Shown here: piece after piece, positions 22,586 to 32,608 of the stretch
Layout: every line of letters begins with the position of its first letter
Numbering within the stretch: the first letter of the stretch is position 1
Notes under the pieces: model-generated
Database searches by the model: none
What the model was told of the DNA's origin: nothing
What the model saw: the letters and a program-made list of their open reading frames with translations, nothing else
Made by a program: the position numbers and the translations under genes
DNA from: an uncultured bacterium
Lineage (GTDB): Bacteria; Desulfobacterota_D; UBA1144; Nemesobacterales; UBA2774
DNA: 64,000 bases
Assembly (NCBI GenBank): GCA_963825135.1
Contig: CAWGRW010000009.1
Span: forward strand, 1,216,001 to 1,280,000
Reading direction: 5' to 3'

Positions 22586-23461
22586 TCAAAGCCCCGGCCT
22601 GATTTCCCCGGCGAAATCCCTGAGCGTTGTCAGGATTCCTTTATAATCCCCCGCCAGTATATATAGTACAAGGTGCTCGACGCCTGCGTCCCCGTATTCG
22701 CGGATGCCCTTTATTATTTTTTCCCTTCCCCCGCGGAGCGTGTCCTCAGCGCTAAATTCCCTGTCGCCGTTTATCTCGATGTTTCTTCTGAGCGAGAGGA
22801 CAAAGCCTTCTTTCTTCCCGCCCGGGAGGAGGCTTATCAGATTTTCCGCCCTCTCTCGGTACGCCCCGGGCGTGAGCCCGACGGGGTGCCACCCGTCGCC
22901 GTATTTAACCGCTCGCTTCACGGCCCGTGCGCTCTCCCCGCCGATCCATAAGGGCGGATGCGGTTTCCGGACAGGTCTGGGCTCAAACTTTATATCCGAG
23001 AATTCGAGGTACTTTCCTTTGAAACGCGGGTTCTTGCTCGTCCATAGCTCCTTCAGGATTTCTATGTACTCGTCGGTGACGGGGCCGCGCTCCTCAAAAG
23101 AGACGCCCAGCGCGTCGAATTCGTCCTCGAGCCACCCGGCGCCGATGCCCAGGATAACCCTCCCCCCGGAAAGCGTATCGAGCGTGGAGACCATCTTGGC
23201 GAGCACGAGGGGGTTCCTGTAGGGGAGGATGAGCACACTCGTTCCGAGCTCTATACTGTCCGTATTTGCCGCTATATAGGTGAGCGTGATCAGGGGGTCG
23301 AGAAACGTATCGCCGAACACTTTGTGGGAGCCGGGGATAACTACGTGGTCACTTACCCAGAGCGAGTCGTAACCGAGCTCTTCGGCCAGCACAGAGATCT
23401 CAAGTATTTGTTTCCGGTCGGCGTAAGCGCCGAAATTGGGGACCGCTATGCCGAATTTCAT
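22586..23461 (-). CDS. LLM-class (luciferase-like), probable F420-dependent oxidoreductase
   Basis: AEELGYDSLWVSDH, LPYRNP, TLDTLSGGR and PPLWIGG motifs. Confidence 0.88.
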   Translation of the reverse strand: MKFGIAVPNFGAYADRKQILEISVLAEELGYDSLWVSDHVVIPGSHKVFGDTFLDPLITLTYIAANTDSIELGTSVLILPYRNPLVLAKMVSTLDTLSGGRVILGIGAGWLEDEFDALGVSFEERGPVTDEYIEILKELWTSKNPRFKGKYLEFSDIKFEPRPVRKPHPPLWIGGESARAVKRAVKYGDGWHPVGLTPGAYRERAENLISLLPGGKKEGFVLSLRRNIEINGDREFSAEDTLRGGREKIIKGIREYGDAGVEHLVLYILAGDYKGILTTLRDFAGEIRPGL

Positions 23462-23505
23462 ATACTACATATTACCATCCCTGCGCGGGACAATAATAAG
23501 GACAT

Positions 23506-24253
23506 TCAGGTATTTCGGGCGAGCAGCACGCTCTCTCCCTTGAGATAGCTTTTGAAATTCAGCACCTTTTTCACATATACTGATCGTGTTTTATCCGAGT
23601 TCTGAGTCTTTTCGAAGTTCGCAGGGCCGAAATTATAGGCGTCGAGCGCGCTCTCCGTGGAATCGTACCGTTCCGTAAGCAATGACAGATAATGGATGCC
23701 GAGCTTCACGTTGATGAACGGGTCGTAGAGTGATTTCCTTCCGTTATAATCAATTCCCATTTCCTTGGCCATGAATTCGCCCGTGCCGGGCATTACCTGC
23801 ATGAGTCCGATTGCGCCTTTCTTTGATAATGCTTTGGGCGAGAATTCGCTCTCTACCTGAATGACAGCGAGTACGAGGTAAGGGTCGAGCTTGTCGTAAT
23901 TGCCGCATTCCTCGACGATCAGCTTCGCCAGTTTGCGGGCGTTTGGCGCGTCTATCGAATCCGACAGCCTCATTATGAAGTAGTATATTTCCGCTTCCTG
24001 GAGATTCATGTCTTCAATACCCGGTTCGATCACCCCTATTCCCCCTGGCTCCCCGGTCGGCAATCCCTTCACCAACAATTCACCTCCGCCCGTATTTACG
24101 AGCAAGCCCGCGAATGCGGGGTTGTCGTCCATCGAGAGATATTCCGATTTGCAGAAGAATAATATTGAGAAACAGAAGAAAAGAAGGAATAAAGTCGCCT
24201 TAACAGAGTCCTGCAAAAGAAAACACAAAGAAATCGTAGATATTCTGAATCAT
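23506..24253 (-). CDS. Lytic transglycosylase (SLT domain) with N-terminal anchor; likely true start ATG 24253 with a 1-nt homopolymer insertion at ~24221
   Basis: AVIQVESEF, GAIGLMQVMP and AYNFG motifs. SD GAGGAG precedes ATG 24253, which is one base out of frame with ORF 23506-24228. Confidence 0.85.
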
Positions 24254-24809
24254 GTATTTACTCCTCGCTGTGGGGGATTAAAACAATAAAGACGGTCAGC
24301 GTATTTGGAACGGTTATTTAGGTCGTATTGCTTTTAGAGTGTGTTCAGACCCCGTTTTAAATTAGCTTTCTCGTTCGAAGTACTTAAACGACTCGAAATC
24401 CGCTATGAATGCTTCCTTAACTGTCTTTGCGGCGTCAATCGGCTCGTCGGTATAATCATTTACCTCAAACGGTATATTTTCTTTAAAACGATTCTTTTCA
24501 AGTATTCCCATTTAGTTTTACAATTTCTACAACTTTTTGTTTTCAGGATAGATACTATAAGCCCCGAAAGCCCCTTGTCAAGAATTTCTTTCGCATATGC
24601 GTACTGCGGAGACCCCAGAATCGGGCTTATTTTGGAGTGATGCCACTACGTTATATTGCAATTGCTAACAATTTTGCCCGATTGTGTTATGCCGGACTAC
24701 AGACGCTTATTACGGTCCCCCGGGGGGCAATCTGGAAATAAGCATCGGTTGAGACCGGCCATGATTCCTTGACCGTAAAAACATTTCGTGTTAGGTTTTA
24801 GGGCGCATT

Positions 24810-24959
24810 ATGAAAAGAACTTTTCAACCTCACGAAAAAAAGAGATTACGGGTGCATGGGTTTCGCGAACGGATGAGCACAAAGGGCGGAAGGCGCACTC
24901 TCAAGAGACGGATAGCAAAGGGCAGGCGCAGTCTCACGGTGCAGCGCTGGAAGAAATGA
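24810..24959 (+). CDS. rpmH: 50S ribosomal protein L34 (absent from ORF track)
   Basis: Manual translation [49 protein letters not shown]. Confidence 0.97.
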   Translation: MKRTFQPHEKKRLRVHGFRERMSTKGGRRTLKRRIAKGRRSLTVQRWKK

Positions 24960-25309
24960 ACTGTGTGGTGAGTTTATCTTTCCCAAAAGAATTAAAAATC
25001 CGTACAAACTCTGAATACGAAGAGATTTTTGGGAAGAGCAAAAGGCTCAGTACAGAGCATTTTAACATACTCTGCGCTCCAAATTCGCTCGGCTATCCCC
25101 GGCTTGGGCTTGTGGTAGGCAAAAAAGCGGTGCCCGGGGCCGTGGAGAGAAACCGCATCAAGAGGGTTCTAAGGGAAGTTTTCAGGCTGAACAAATCCCT
25201 CTTCGGATCGATGGACGTGGTTTTTGTGGCCAGGAAAGGCAGCGAAAAGCTCGATTACTCTCTCGCGAAGACGGAGATCGAGAAAACAGTCGGGTCTAAA
25301 TTATCATGA
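24956..25309 (+). CDS. rnpA: Ribonuclease P protein component
   Basis: RLGLVVGKK and [13 protein letters not shown] motifs; overlaps rpmH stop (ATGA). Confidence 0.95.
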   Translation: MNCVVSLSFPKELKIRTNSEYEEIFGKSKRLSTEHFNILCAPNSLGYPRLGLVVGKKAVPGAVERNRIKRVLREVFRLNKSLFGSMDVVFVARKGSEKLDYSLAKTEIEKTVGSKLS

Positions 25310-25530
25310 TTTCGAATTTATTAGTGTATCTGGCTACCTCGCTGATCAAGGTTTACAAATATGCGATTTCACCTATTTTGCCCTCTTCTTGCAGATTCTA
25401 TCCAAGCTGTTCAGAGTACGCGATAGACGCCCTGAAGAAATACGGACTCTTAAAGGGTTCATGGCTTACTCTTAAAAGGATCGCGAGATGTCACCCGTTG
25501 AGCGCCGGCGGACATGATCCGGTTCGGTAA
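25306..25530 (+). CDS. yidD: Membrane protein insertion efficiency factor
   Basis: [10 protein letters not shown] and RIARCHP motifs; synteny. Confidence 0.95.
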   Translation: MISNLLVYLATSLIKVYKYAISPILPSSCRFYPSCSEYAIDALKKYGLLKGSWLTLKRIARCHPLSAGGHDPVR

Positions 25531-25541
25531 AGGACGAGTGG

Positions 25542-27224
25542 ATGACCGACAACAAAATCAATACTATCCTATTTTTCGTATTATCCATTTTAATTTTTTT
25601 CGGATATACGTATTTCTTTTCCACCCCGGACAAGAAGCAGGTTAAGAAACCGGCGGGTGAGCAGGTATCCGTCGAGGCCTCTCCCGCGCCGGGCTCCGAG
25701 GGCTCGGGAAATGCTGAAGACTTTCAGGATCGGGCCGATTCCGACAACATCCATCTTTCCCCGGAAGGCAGGCTTATTTCCATTGACACCCCTCTGTATC
25801 ACGGCGTTATAGATACGGCCGGCGGAAGGATATACAAGTGGGAACTGAAAAAATTCACCGAAGCCGCCAACAGCAGCGTCCCCGTAAATCTTTTTAAGGA
25901 TGCTCCTCCGGGGTTCAGCACATTATTAAGGATGCAGGGCTACACTGTGCCCGAGCTCATTCCGTTCGAATACGCGGGGCAGGAAAATATTACGGTAACT
26001 GACGGGACCGCGGAGCTTGTGCTTTCCTGGAAATCCGCCGAGGGCGTCAGCGTAAAGAAAATATACGGTATCGATTCCTCGAGCTACGTATTAAAACAAA
26101 GGTTTGAAGTGACCAATCCCGGTACTGCGCCAATACAACAGAAGCTAGATATCAAGTGGTTCGGCAAAGTCGAGGAGCACGGCAGGGGCGGGAATACCAT
26201 GAGCTTCGCCGCGCTCGTTTCAGACGGTGTTAAGATTCTGAATAAGAGACCGAAGGAGCCCCGGAGTTATGACGGAGTAATAGATTGGTTTGGTTACTCC
26301 CAGAAATACTTCATTTCCAGCTTCCTTCCCGAAACGGGGGACACTACGACTATCAAATTGAGCCTGGTCGGGGACAAGAGTCTCGTGAAGGCTGTGTACA
26401 GCTATCCCGGAGACACTGTTCCGGCGGGAAAAACCTCGGTTAAGAACTGGGAGGTTTATCTCGGACCGCTCGAGTACGATACGTTAAAAGCCGTCGGTTC
26501 TAATCTGCAGGAATCGATTAACTACGGCTGGGTGGAGATAATCGCGAAGCCTCTCCTCGATTTTCTCAAGTGGCTCAACAGTTATCTGCACAATTACGGG
26601 ATTTCCATAATCGTAATCACGATTATAATGAGGCTGATTTTCCTTCCCCTCACCATCAAGAGCATGGTTTCCATGAAGCAGGTGCAGATCAAGATGGAAA
26701 AAATCAAGCCCAAGATGGACGCGCTGAAAGAGAAATATAAAGATGATAAAGCCAAGCAGAATTCGGAGCTTATGAAGCTTTATTCGAGTCACGGCGTCAA
26801 CCCCCTGAGCAGCCTCGGGGGCTGTCTCCCGATGCTCATTCAGCTGCCCGTTTTCATAGCTCTATACGACGTGTTCCTTCATTCCATAGACCTCAGACAC
26901 AGCTCCTTCCTCTGGATCACCGACCTGTCGGAACCGGAGCATTTATTCAACCTGCCGGGTATAGGGATTCCTTTCAGGATACTCCCCCTCATCATGGGCG
27001 TCTCGTGGTTCATCTCTCAGAAGATGACGCCGGTGGCGCCGAGCACCGGGAATGAAAATATGCAGATGCAGATGAAAATGATGCAATTTATGCCTATAAT
27101 TTTCACTGTGATGTTTTGGGGATTGCCTTCGGGCTTGATACTATATTGGACGGTTAGCAATATACTTTCGATAGGTCAGCAGATCTACGTCAACCGTCTG
27201 GTAAACACTCCTAAAGGAGGATGA
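25542..27224 (+). CDS. yidC: Membrane protein insertase YidC
   Basis: NYGISIIVIT, GGCLPMLIQLP and PSGLILYW motifs; synteny. Confidence 0.96.
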   Translation: MTDNKINTILFFVLSILIFFGYTYFFSTPDKKQVKKPAGEQVSVEASPAPGSEGSGNAEDFQDRADSDNIHLSPEGRLISIDTPLYHGVIDTAGGRIYKWELKKFTEAANSSVPVNLFKDAPPGFSTLLRMQGYTVPELIPFEYAGQENITVTDGTAELVLSWKSAEGVSVKKIYGIDSSSYVLKQRFEVTNPGTAPIQQKLDIKWFGKVEEHGRGGNTMSFAALVSDGVKILNKRPKEPRSYDGVIDWFGYSQKYFISSFLPETGDTTTIKLSLVGDKSLVKAVYSYPGDTVPAGKTSVKNWEVYLGPLEYDTLKAVGSNLQESINYGWVEIIAKPLLDFLKWLNSYLHNYGISIIVITIIMRLIFLPLTIKSMVSMKQVQIKMEKIKPKMDALKEKYKDDKAKQNSELMKLYSSHGVNPLSSLGGCLPMLIQLPVFIALYDVFLHSIDLRHSSFLWITDLSEPEHLFNLPGIGIPFRILPLIMGVSWFISQKMTPVAPSTGNENMQMQMKMMQFMPIIFTVMFWGLPSGLILYWTVSNILSIGQQIYVNRLVNTPKGG

Positions 27225-27874
27225 TCATGGGAATAGTAATTGAACGTGAGGGGAAGACTGTAACGGATGCGGCCATAAGCGCTTGCGAGGAGCTCGGCGT
27301 TCCCAGGAGCGAAGTCGATATAGAGGTGCTTGAGGAGGGCTCCAAAGGGGTTTTCGGGATAGGGAGCAGGAATGCCAAGATCAGAGTCAAGGTAAAGAAC
27401 GAAAACCTTAGCGAGAAGGGATTAAGGTCGAAAAAAGCCCTGGAAGAAATACTTAACTATCTCGTTCCCACATTTTCAGTCGCCCTCAAAGAGAGCTCTG
27501 AAAAAATCAGGCTCGACATCAAGGATACCAATGACAAGGGCCTACTCATAGGGAAAAGGGGAGAAATGATTAAATCCCTCGAGTACGTTGTGGGAAAGAT
27601 CGCCGGGCGGAACTGTGATGACGGCCGGGATAAAAGGGTTGCGATAGATGTGGACGGTTACAAGAGACGGAGAGAGGACGACATCTCGAAACTCGTGAAG
27701 GAAACGGCAAAGAGAGTGAGGAAGATGAAAAAGCCCGTATCGCTTGATCCGATGTCGGCTTCGGAGAGGAGGATAGCTTATTTAACCCTCAAACGGGAAG
27801 GGGGAGTAAGCTATGAAACCAAAATCGAGCAGGACGAGAAGAGGATAATAATAACGCCGCTGACCAAGGAATAG
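27221..27874 (+). CDS. jag: Jag/EloR (KhpB) RNA-binding protein
   Basis: Jag_N (EGKTVTDA, GSKGVFG), KH (LIGKRG) and R3H-like (PMSASERRI) domains; synteny. Confidence 0.9.
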   Translation: MIMGIVIEREGKTVTDAAISACEELGVPRSEVDIEVLEEGSKGVFGIGSRNAKIRVKVKNENLSEKGLRSKKALEEILNYLVPTFSVALKESSEKIRLDIKDTNDKGLLIGKRGEMIKSLEYVVGKIAGRNCDDGRDKRVAIDVDGYKRRREDDISKLVKETAKRVRKMKKPVSLDPMSASERRIAYLTLKREGGVSYETKIEQDEKRIIITPLTKE

Positions 27875-27954
27875 GCCGGAAGCCAGGCTCGGACAGGGAT
27901 TTTGTATAATATATCTCTATCTTAATATTCAGCCCCTATCTACAGGAGGAAAAA

Positions 27955-28272
27955 ATGACAAAAGAGAAACCTTCGAAAACAGAAGATGAATATTTTGCCA
28001 GGGAAGAGGCGGAGAAGTCGAAAAGGTTAAAAGAAAAGCTGCACCATGAAACCGAGGAAGAGGAGAGGGAGAGGATCAAGACGACATGCTTCATGAGATG
28101 CCCCAAATGCGGCGGTAATCTCCATGAAGTGACTTTCAGGGGCATCAGTATCGACAGGTGCAGTGGCTGCGGCGGGGTGTGGCTCGACAACGGAGAGCTT
28201 GAGAAGCTGGCCGGCACGGAAGACAAGAGCGCTATATCCGATGTGCTCAGCTTTTTCAGCGGGAAGAAATGA
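27955..28272 (+). CDS. Zinc-ribbon (zf-TFIIB-like) protein with charged N-terminal helix
   Basis: CPKC...IDRCSGCGGVWLDNGELE; SD GGAGG. Confidence 0.85.
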   Translation: MTKEKPSKTEDEYFAREEAEKSKRLKEKLHHETEEEERERIKTTCFMRCPKCGGNLHEVTFRGISIDRCSGCGGVWLDNGELEKLAGTEDKSAISDVLSFFSGKK

Positions 28273-28283
28273 GCTAACGTTAA

Positions 28284-28746
28284 TTACTTCCTGAGTGTCT
28301 TGAAAAAATCCTTGAGAAGGCTTGAGCATTCTTCCATACAAACGCCCTTCAGTAACTTCAACCGTGTGGTTCAGCCTGCGGTCGCTCCCGATGTCGTAAA
28401 CCGAAAAAACCGCCCCGGCCTTGGGGTCCCTCGCGCCGAACACGAGCCTGCCGATTCTGGCGAGTATTATAGCGCCCAAACACATTAGGCAGGGCTCGAT
28501 CGTAACATATATGGTCATCCCTTCGAGCCTCCAGCTCCCGGATACTTCGCCTGCTTTCTTTACGGCGATTATTTCGGCGTGGGCTGTGGGGTCGTTTGCT
28601 GCTTCGCGGAGGTTATAACCGCTTGAAACGACGTCACCCGATTCATCGGTTACGACGGCGCCTATGGGGACCTCGCCAATGCGCCCGGCTATTTGTGCTT
28701 GTTCAATAGCCAGGCGCATGAGTTTCTCGTCGTCGGTGTATTTCAT
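28284..28746 (-). CDS. tadA: tRNA adenosine(34) deaminase; apparent 1-nt insertion at ~28346
   Basis: EVPIGAV, DPTAHAE and EPCLMC motifs. Removing one G gives the usual C-terminus GVCMEECSSLLKDFFKTLRK*. Confidence 0.92.
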
Positions 28747-28781
28747 TTAATGGCGAAGCGGAATAAATATCGGAAAGTTAC

Positions 28782-30509
28782 TTATTTCCGTGCGCTGAAT
28801 TTAAGTCCTGTCTTGCTCCTGTCCCAGGTCTTTTCCGTTATTTCCTTAATCTCCGCGACTTTGATTTTCTGAGTGGCGGTCACGGGGAACCCGTTCTCAT
28901 ACACCTCGATAAACCTCGGGACCATGGCTACCATTACCCTCTCGGCCATCCACTTCGAGAACTCGATCGGGTCGAACTCCTCCCCCTGCCTGATCGTGAC
29001 ATTGAGCTTGATCTCGTCGTCCGATACGTTGGGCAGTCTTATGCCAACCGCTACGGCCTCCTGTATGGCCGGGTACTGTATCGCGAAGTCCTGAACCGCT
29101 ATCGGGTCCACGTTCTCTCCCGATACCCTTATCCTGCTGAATCTCCCGACGAAGTAATACCTTCCGTCTATACCTCTCGCGAACAGGTCGTCGGAGTTGA
29201 AGAAACCGTCGTCGTCGAAGGCCTCCCTCGTCCTCCTTTCGTCCTTGAAGTATTCATTAAGAGTGGTATGCGGCACGAGCGGCTTGACGTACAGCAGTCC
29301 CTTCGCCTCATCGGGCGGTGTCGGGTCTTCATACGGGTTCCAGAAGGGGCGCATTACCTTGCTCTGGTCCTGCGGATCCCTGAGCTCTACATAATACCCC
29401 TCCATAGAGAATCCGGACGAGCCGGGGCGGTGGTCCTCAGGGTCCTTCCAGAGCACCATTCCCATTTCCGTAGAGCCGTATCCGTCGATTACCCTCACCC
29501 CGAACCTCTCCTGAAACTCCTGAAGGTTTCTGGGAGCGGGGGATCCGAGCATGATCCTTACTTTATGCTTTCTGTCCCACTCGCCTGGCTCCGCGGCCCA
29601 CAGATACTCCGCGAGGGCCCCGAGCATGTTAACGCAGTTGGCGCCGCACCCCGCGGCCCATTTCCAGAAGCTCGACGCCGAAAAACGCGGGAAAAACACG
29701 GCCGTCGCGCCCGCGCCCATGGCACTGAACAAACACATGACCTGCGCGTTCGCGTGGCCGAGCGAAAGCACGCTCATGAGAACGTCTTCGCTCCTCACGC
29801 CCTGCTGCTGGAGATAAGCGCGGACCGTCAATACGACTCCCCCGTGGTCTCTCGCGACACCCTTGGGCATCCCTGTTGTGCCGGAGGTGAACATGCACCT
29901 TTCCATATCGTGAGTCGTTACCTTTACCCCGGGATTCTTGGCGGGGAATTTATCGAAGGTTGAAAACGGTAGTGTCTTTATTCCCCCGATATCCGCCGGA
30001 ACCTTCGCCGGGTCGCCGGTTATGAATATGACACGGAGGTTCTTTATATCCTTGGCGATTTCTTCGATGAAAGGCAAGCTCCCGGGATCGAGAATCAGCA
30101 CCACCATCTCGGAATAATTGATGACGTAGGCGAGCCTCTCGCCCTTTTCGTCCTTATTGATCGGGACCTGCACGGCCCCCGTCTTATGAACTGCGATGAT
30201 GGAGGCAACATACTCGGAGCAGTTGATCATATACATTCCGACCTTGTCGCCTTTCTTAACGCCGAATTCGTCTTTGAGGCCGTTTGCTACCCTGTTGGCC
30301 CATTCGTTCGTCTGCTTGTACGAATAACTCTCGACTATCTCCCCCTCGCCGTTGCCTACTCGAAACATGGTTTTATCAGGAAATTGCTCCGCTCCCATTT
30401 CCAGACATTTGGTGACAGGCTTCCATTCCGCGGTATTGTCGAATGTACCGAACGGGAGTGTTCCCTTGCCCAGATATTTTACGTCACGGGGTTTGAATAA
30501 TAAAAGCAT
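28782..30509 (-). CDS. AMP-forming acyl-CoA ligase (CaiC-like), copy A
   Basis: FTSGTTGMPKG, GYGSTE, RVSGENV and TATQKI motifs. Confidence 0.88.
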   Translation of the reverse strand: MLLLFKPRDVKYLGKGTLPFGTFDNTAEWKPVTKCLEMGAEQFPDKTMFRVGNGEGEIVESYSYKQTNEWANRVANGLKDEFGVKKGDKVGMYMINCSEYVASIIAVHKTGAVQVPINKDEKGERLAYVINYSEMVVLILDPGSLPFIEEIAKDIKNLRVIFITGDPAKVPADIGGIKTLPFSTFDKFPAKNPGVKVTTHDMERCMFTSGTTGMPKGVARDHGGVVLTVRAYLQQQGVRSEDVLMSVLSLGHANAQVMCLFSAMGAGATAVFFPRFSASSFWKWAAGCGANCVNMLGALAEYLWAAEPGEWDRKHKVRIMLGSPAPRNLQEFQERFGVRVIDGYGSTEMGMVLWKDPEDHRPGSSGFSMEGYYVELRDPQDQSKVMRPFWNPYEDPTPPDEAKGLLYVKPLVPHTTLNEYFKDERRTREAFDDDGFFNSDDLFARGIDGRYYFVGRFSRIRVSGENVDPIAVQDFAIQYPAIQEAVAVGIRLPNVSDDEIKLNVTIRQGEEFDPIEFSKWMAERVMVAMVPRFIEVYENGFPVTATQKIKVAEIKEITEKTWDRSKTGLKFSARK

Positions 30510-30594
30510 AATAACCCTCCTTGTGGTGGCTTAATCGATTTCCAAGTGTTTCAGAAATTTAACCTTATTACAATAAGAAAATAGGAGAAATTTG

Positions 30595-30615
30595 TCAACC
30601 TGATCATCAGGTTGA
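30595..30615. promoter_or_regulatory. Perfect 10-1-10 palindrome (putative operator) overlapping the -35 of ligase A
   Basis: TCAACCTGAT-C-ATCAGGTTGA; minus-strand promoter TTGACA(30598-30593)-17-TATTGT. Confidence 0.55.
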
Positions 30616-30755
30616 AACCCGCGCCAAATATAATTAACAATTCAACTAAATGATTATTATCCTCGGGTATGTGCCGAATGCCCGGACCCCAATGATTTTG
30701 ACGGCTCGCGGGTTATGTATCGGCCCGTTCGGGTTAAGAAAGGTGAGGGCAACGA

Positions 30756-32480
30756 TTAACGGACCCGGAACTTGAGCCCCGTCTTATTCCTGTCCCAGGT
30801 GTTGTCGGTTAATTCCTTGATTTCAGCTACTCTGATCTTCTGCGTGGCTGTTACGGGGAACCCGCCTTCATATACCTCTATGAATCTCGGGACCATGAAG
30901 ACGGGCGCTTTTTCGGCCATCCACTTCGAGAACTCCGCGGGGTCGAACGCCTCTCCCTTTTTTAAAGTTATACTCAGCTTTATTTCATCGTCCGATACCT
31001 CGGGGAGCCTGACCCCAACGGCGACCGCCTCCTGGATAGACGGGTACTGGGCGGCTATGTCCTGAACGGCTATGGGGTCGACGTTCTCTCCGGACACCCT
31101 TATCCTGCTGAACCTCCCCTGAAAATAGTATCTTCCGTCGAGCCCCATCGCGAAGAGGTCGTCCGAATTAAAAAAGCCGTCGTCGTCAAACGCCTCCCTC
31201 GTCCGTCTCTCGTCCTTGAAGTACTCGTTAAGGGTGGTGTGCGGTATGAGCGGTTTTATAAAGAGAAGACCTTTGGCCTCGTCTGGCGGCCTAGGGCTTT
31301 CGGACGGGTCCCAGACCGGGCGCATAACCTTTGACGTATCCTGCGGGTCCCTGATCTCCACGTAATAGCCCTCCATCGGCCGGCCGGCTGAGCCGGGACG
31401 CAGGTCTTCGGGGTCGTTCCAGAGCACCATCCCCATCTCCGTCGAGCCGTACCCGTCTATCGCGCGCGTGTTGAAGCGCTCCTGGAATTCCTTGAGGTTT
31501 CGGGGCGCGGGCCCCGAGAGCACGATCCTTACCCCGTGCTTTCCGTCCCATTCGTCAGGCTCGGCCGACCACAGGTACTCGGCTACCGCGCCCAGCATGT
31601 TCACGCAGGTCGCCCCGCATTCGGCGGCCCACTTCCAGAAGCTCGACGCTGAAAACCGCGGGTAGAATACCGCGGTCGCTCCCGCGCCTATAGAGGCGAA
31701 AAGGCACATCACCTGCGAGTTTGCGTGCCCGAGAGTGAGTACGCTCATGAGGACGTCCTCACTCCTCACCCCCTGCTGTTGAATGTATCCCCGCACTGTC
31801 AGTATCACGCCGCCGTGGTTCCTCGATACGCCTTTCGGCATGCCGGTAGTGCCCGAGGTGAACATGCAGCGCTCGACATCCGAGGTCTTGACCTCGACGT
31901 CGGGGTTCTCGGGGGAAAACTCGCCAAAGCTCTTGAACGGAAGGGTCTTAATCCCCCCGGTTTTACCGGGGATATCATCGACTGCGCCTGTGACAAAGAT
32001 GTGTTTTAGAAATTTTAATTCGCCCGCGACCTGCTCGACCATCGGTATGCTATCCTTGTCAATAACGATCGACTTCATCTCGGAATAATTGATTATGTAT
32101 GCGAGCCTATCGCCCTTCTCGTCCTTGTTTATCGGGACCTGCACTGCGCCTGTTTTGTGGATGGCGAGAATAGAGATTACGTATTCGGAGGAATTCAGCA
32201 TATAAATGCCGACCCTGTCCCCCTTCCGTATCTTATATTTGTTTATGAAGCCGTTCGCGACCCGGTTCGCCCAATTATTCGTTTCTTCGTACGTGAAGCT
32301 CTCAGTGAGGTTTCCTTCCCTGTCGGCCACTCTGAACATCGTTTTATCGGGAAACGTCCCGGCGCCAGCTTCCAGATATTTCGTAATCGGCTGCCACTCG
32401 GATGTATCGTCGAAACTTCCGAAGGGGAGGTGCCCTTTTCCGATGTACTGCTTATCGCGGGGCTTGAAAAGAAGGATCAT
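30756..32480 (-). CDS. AMP-forming acyl-CoA ligase (CaiC-like), copy B
   Basis: Same motifs as copy A; colinear paralog over its full length. Confidence 0.88.
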   Translation of the reverse strand: MILLFKPRDKQYIGKGHLPFGSFDDTSEWQPITKYLEAGAGTFPDKTMFRVADREGNLTESFTYEETNNWANRVANGFINKYKIRKGDRVGIYMLNSSEYVISILAIHKTGAVQVPINKDEKGDRLAYIINYSEMKSIVIDKDSIPMVEQVAGELKFLKHIFVTGAVDDIPGKTGGIKTLPFKSFGEFSPENPDVEVKTSDVERCMFTSGTTGMPKGVSRNHGGVILTVRGYIQQQGVRSEDVLMSVLTLGHANSQVMCLFASIGAGATAVFYPRFSASSFWKWAAECGATCVNMLGAVAEYLWSAEPDEWDGKHGVRIVLSGPAPRNLKEFQERFNTRAIDGYGSTEMGMVLWNDPEDLRPGSAGRPMEGYYVEIRDPQDTSKVMRPVWDPSESPRPPDEAKGLLFIKPLIPHTTLNEYFKDERRTREAFDDDGFFNSDDLFAMGLDGRYYFQGRFSRIRVSGENVDPIAVQDIAAQYPSIQEAVAVGVRLPEVSDDEIKLSITLKKGEAFDPAEFSKWMAEKAPVFMVPRFIEVYEGGFPVTATQKIRVAEIKELTDNTWDRNKTGLKFRVR

Positions 32481-32608
32481 ATCTCGTCTCCTGGTCTCTT
32501 ATAGAACGCTTAGGACTATAAAGAATCAGGAGTTTATTTGTCAACCCGCAGGACTATATATATAAGTGTCCGGGTTTTCTCGGTGGTGGGGATACTTCGG
32601 GCAGGTTA

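Noticed and set aside
24788..24955. Long N-terminal extension of RnpA
   Set aside because: The region encodes rpmH in another frame.
28027..28347. Extended tadA C-terminus overlapping the zinc-ribbon gene
   Set aside because: Artefact of one extra base at ~28346. Similar indels occur at ~2905, ~24221 and possibly ~58140.
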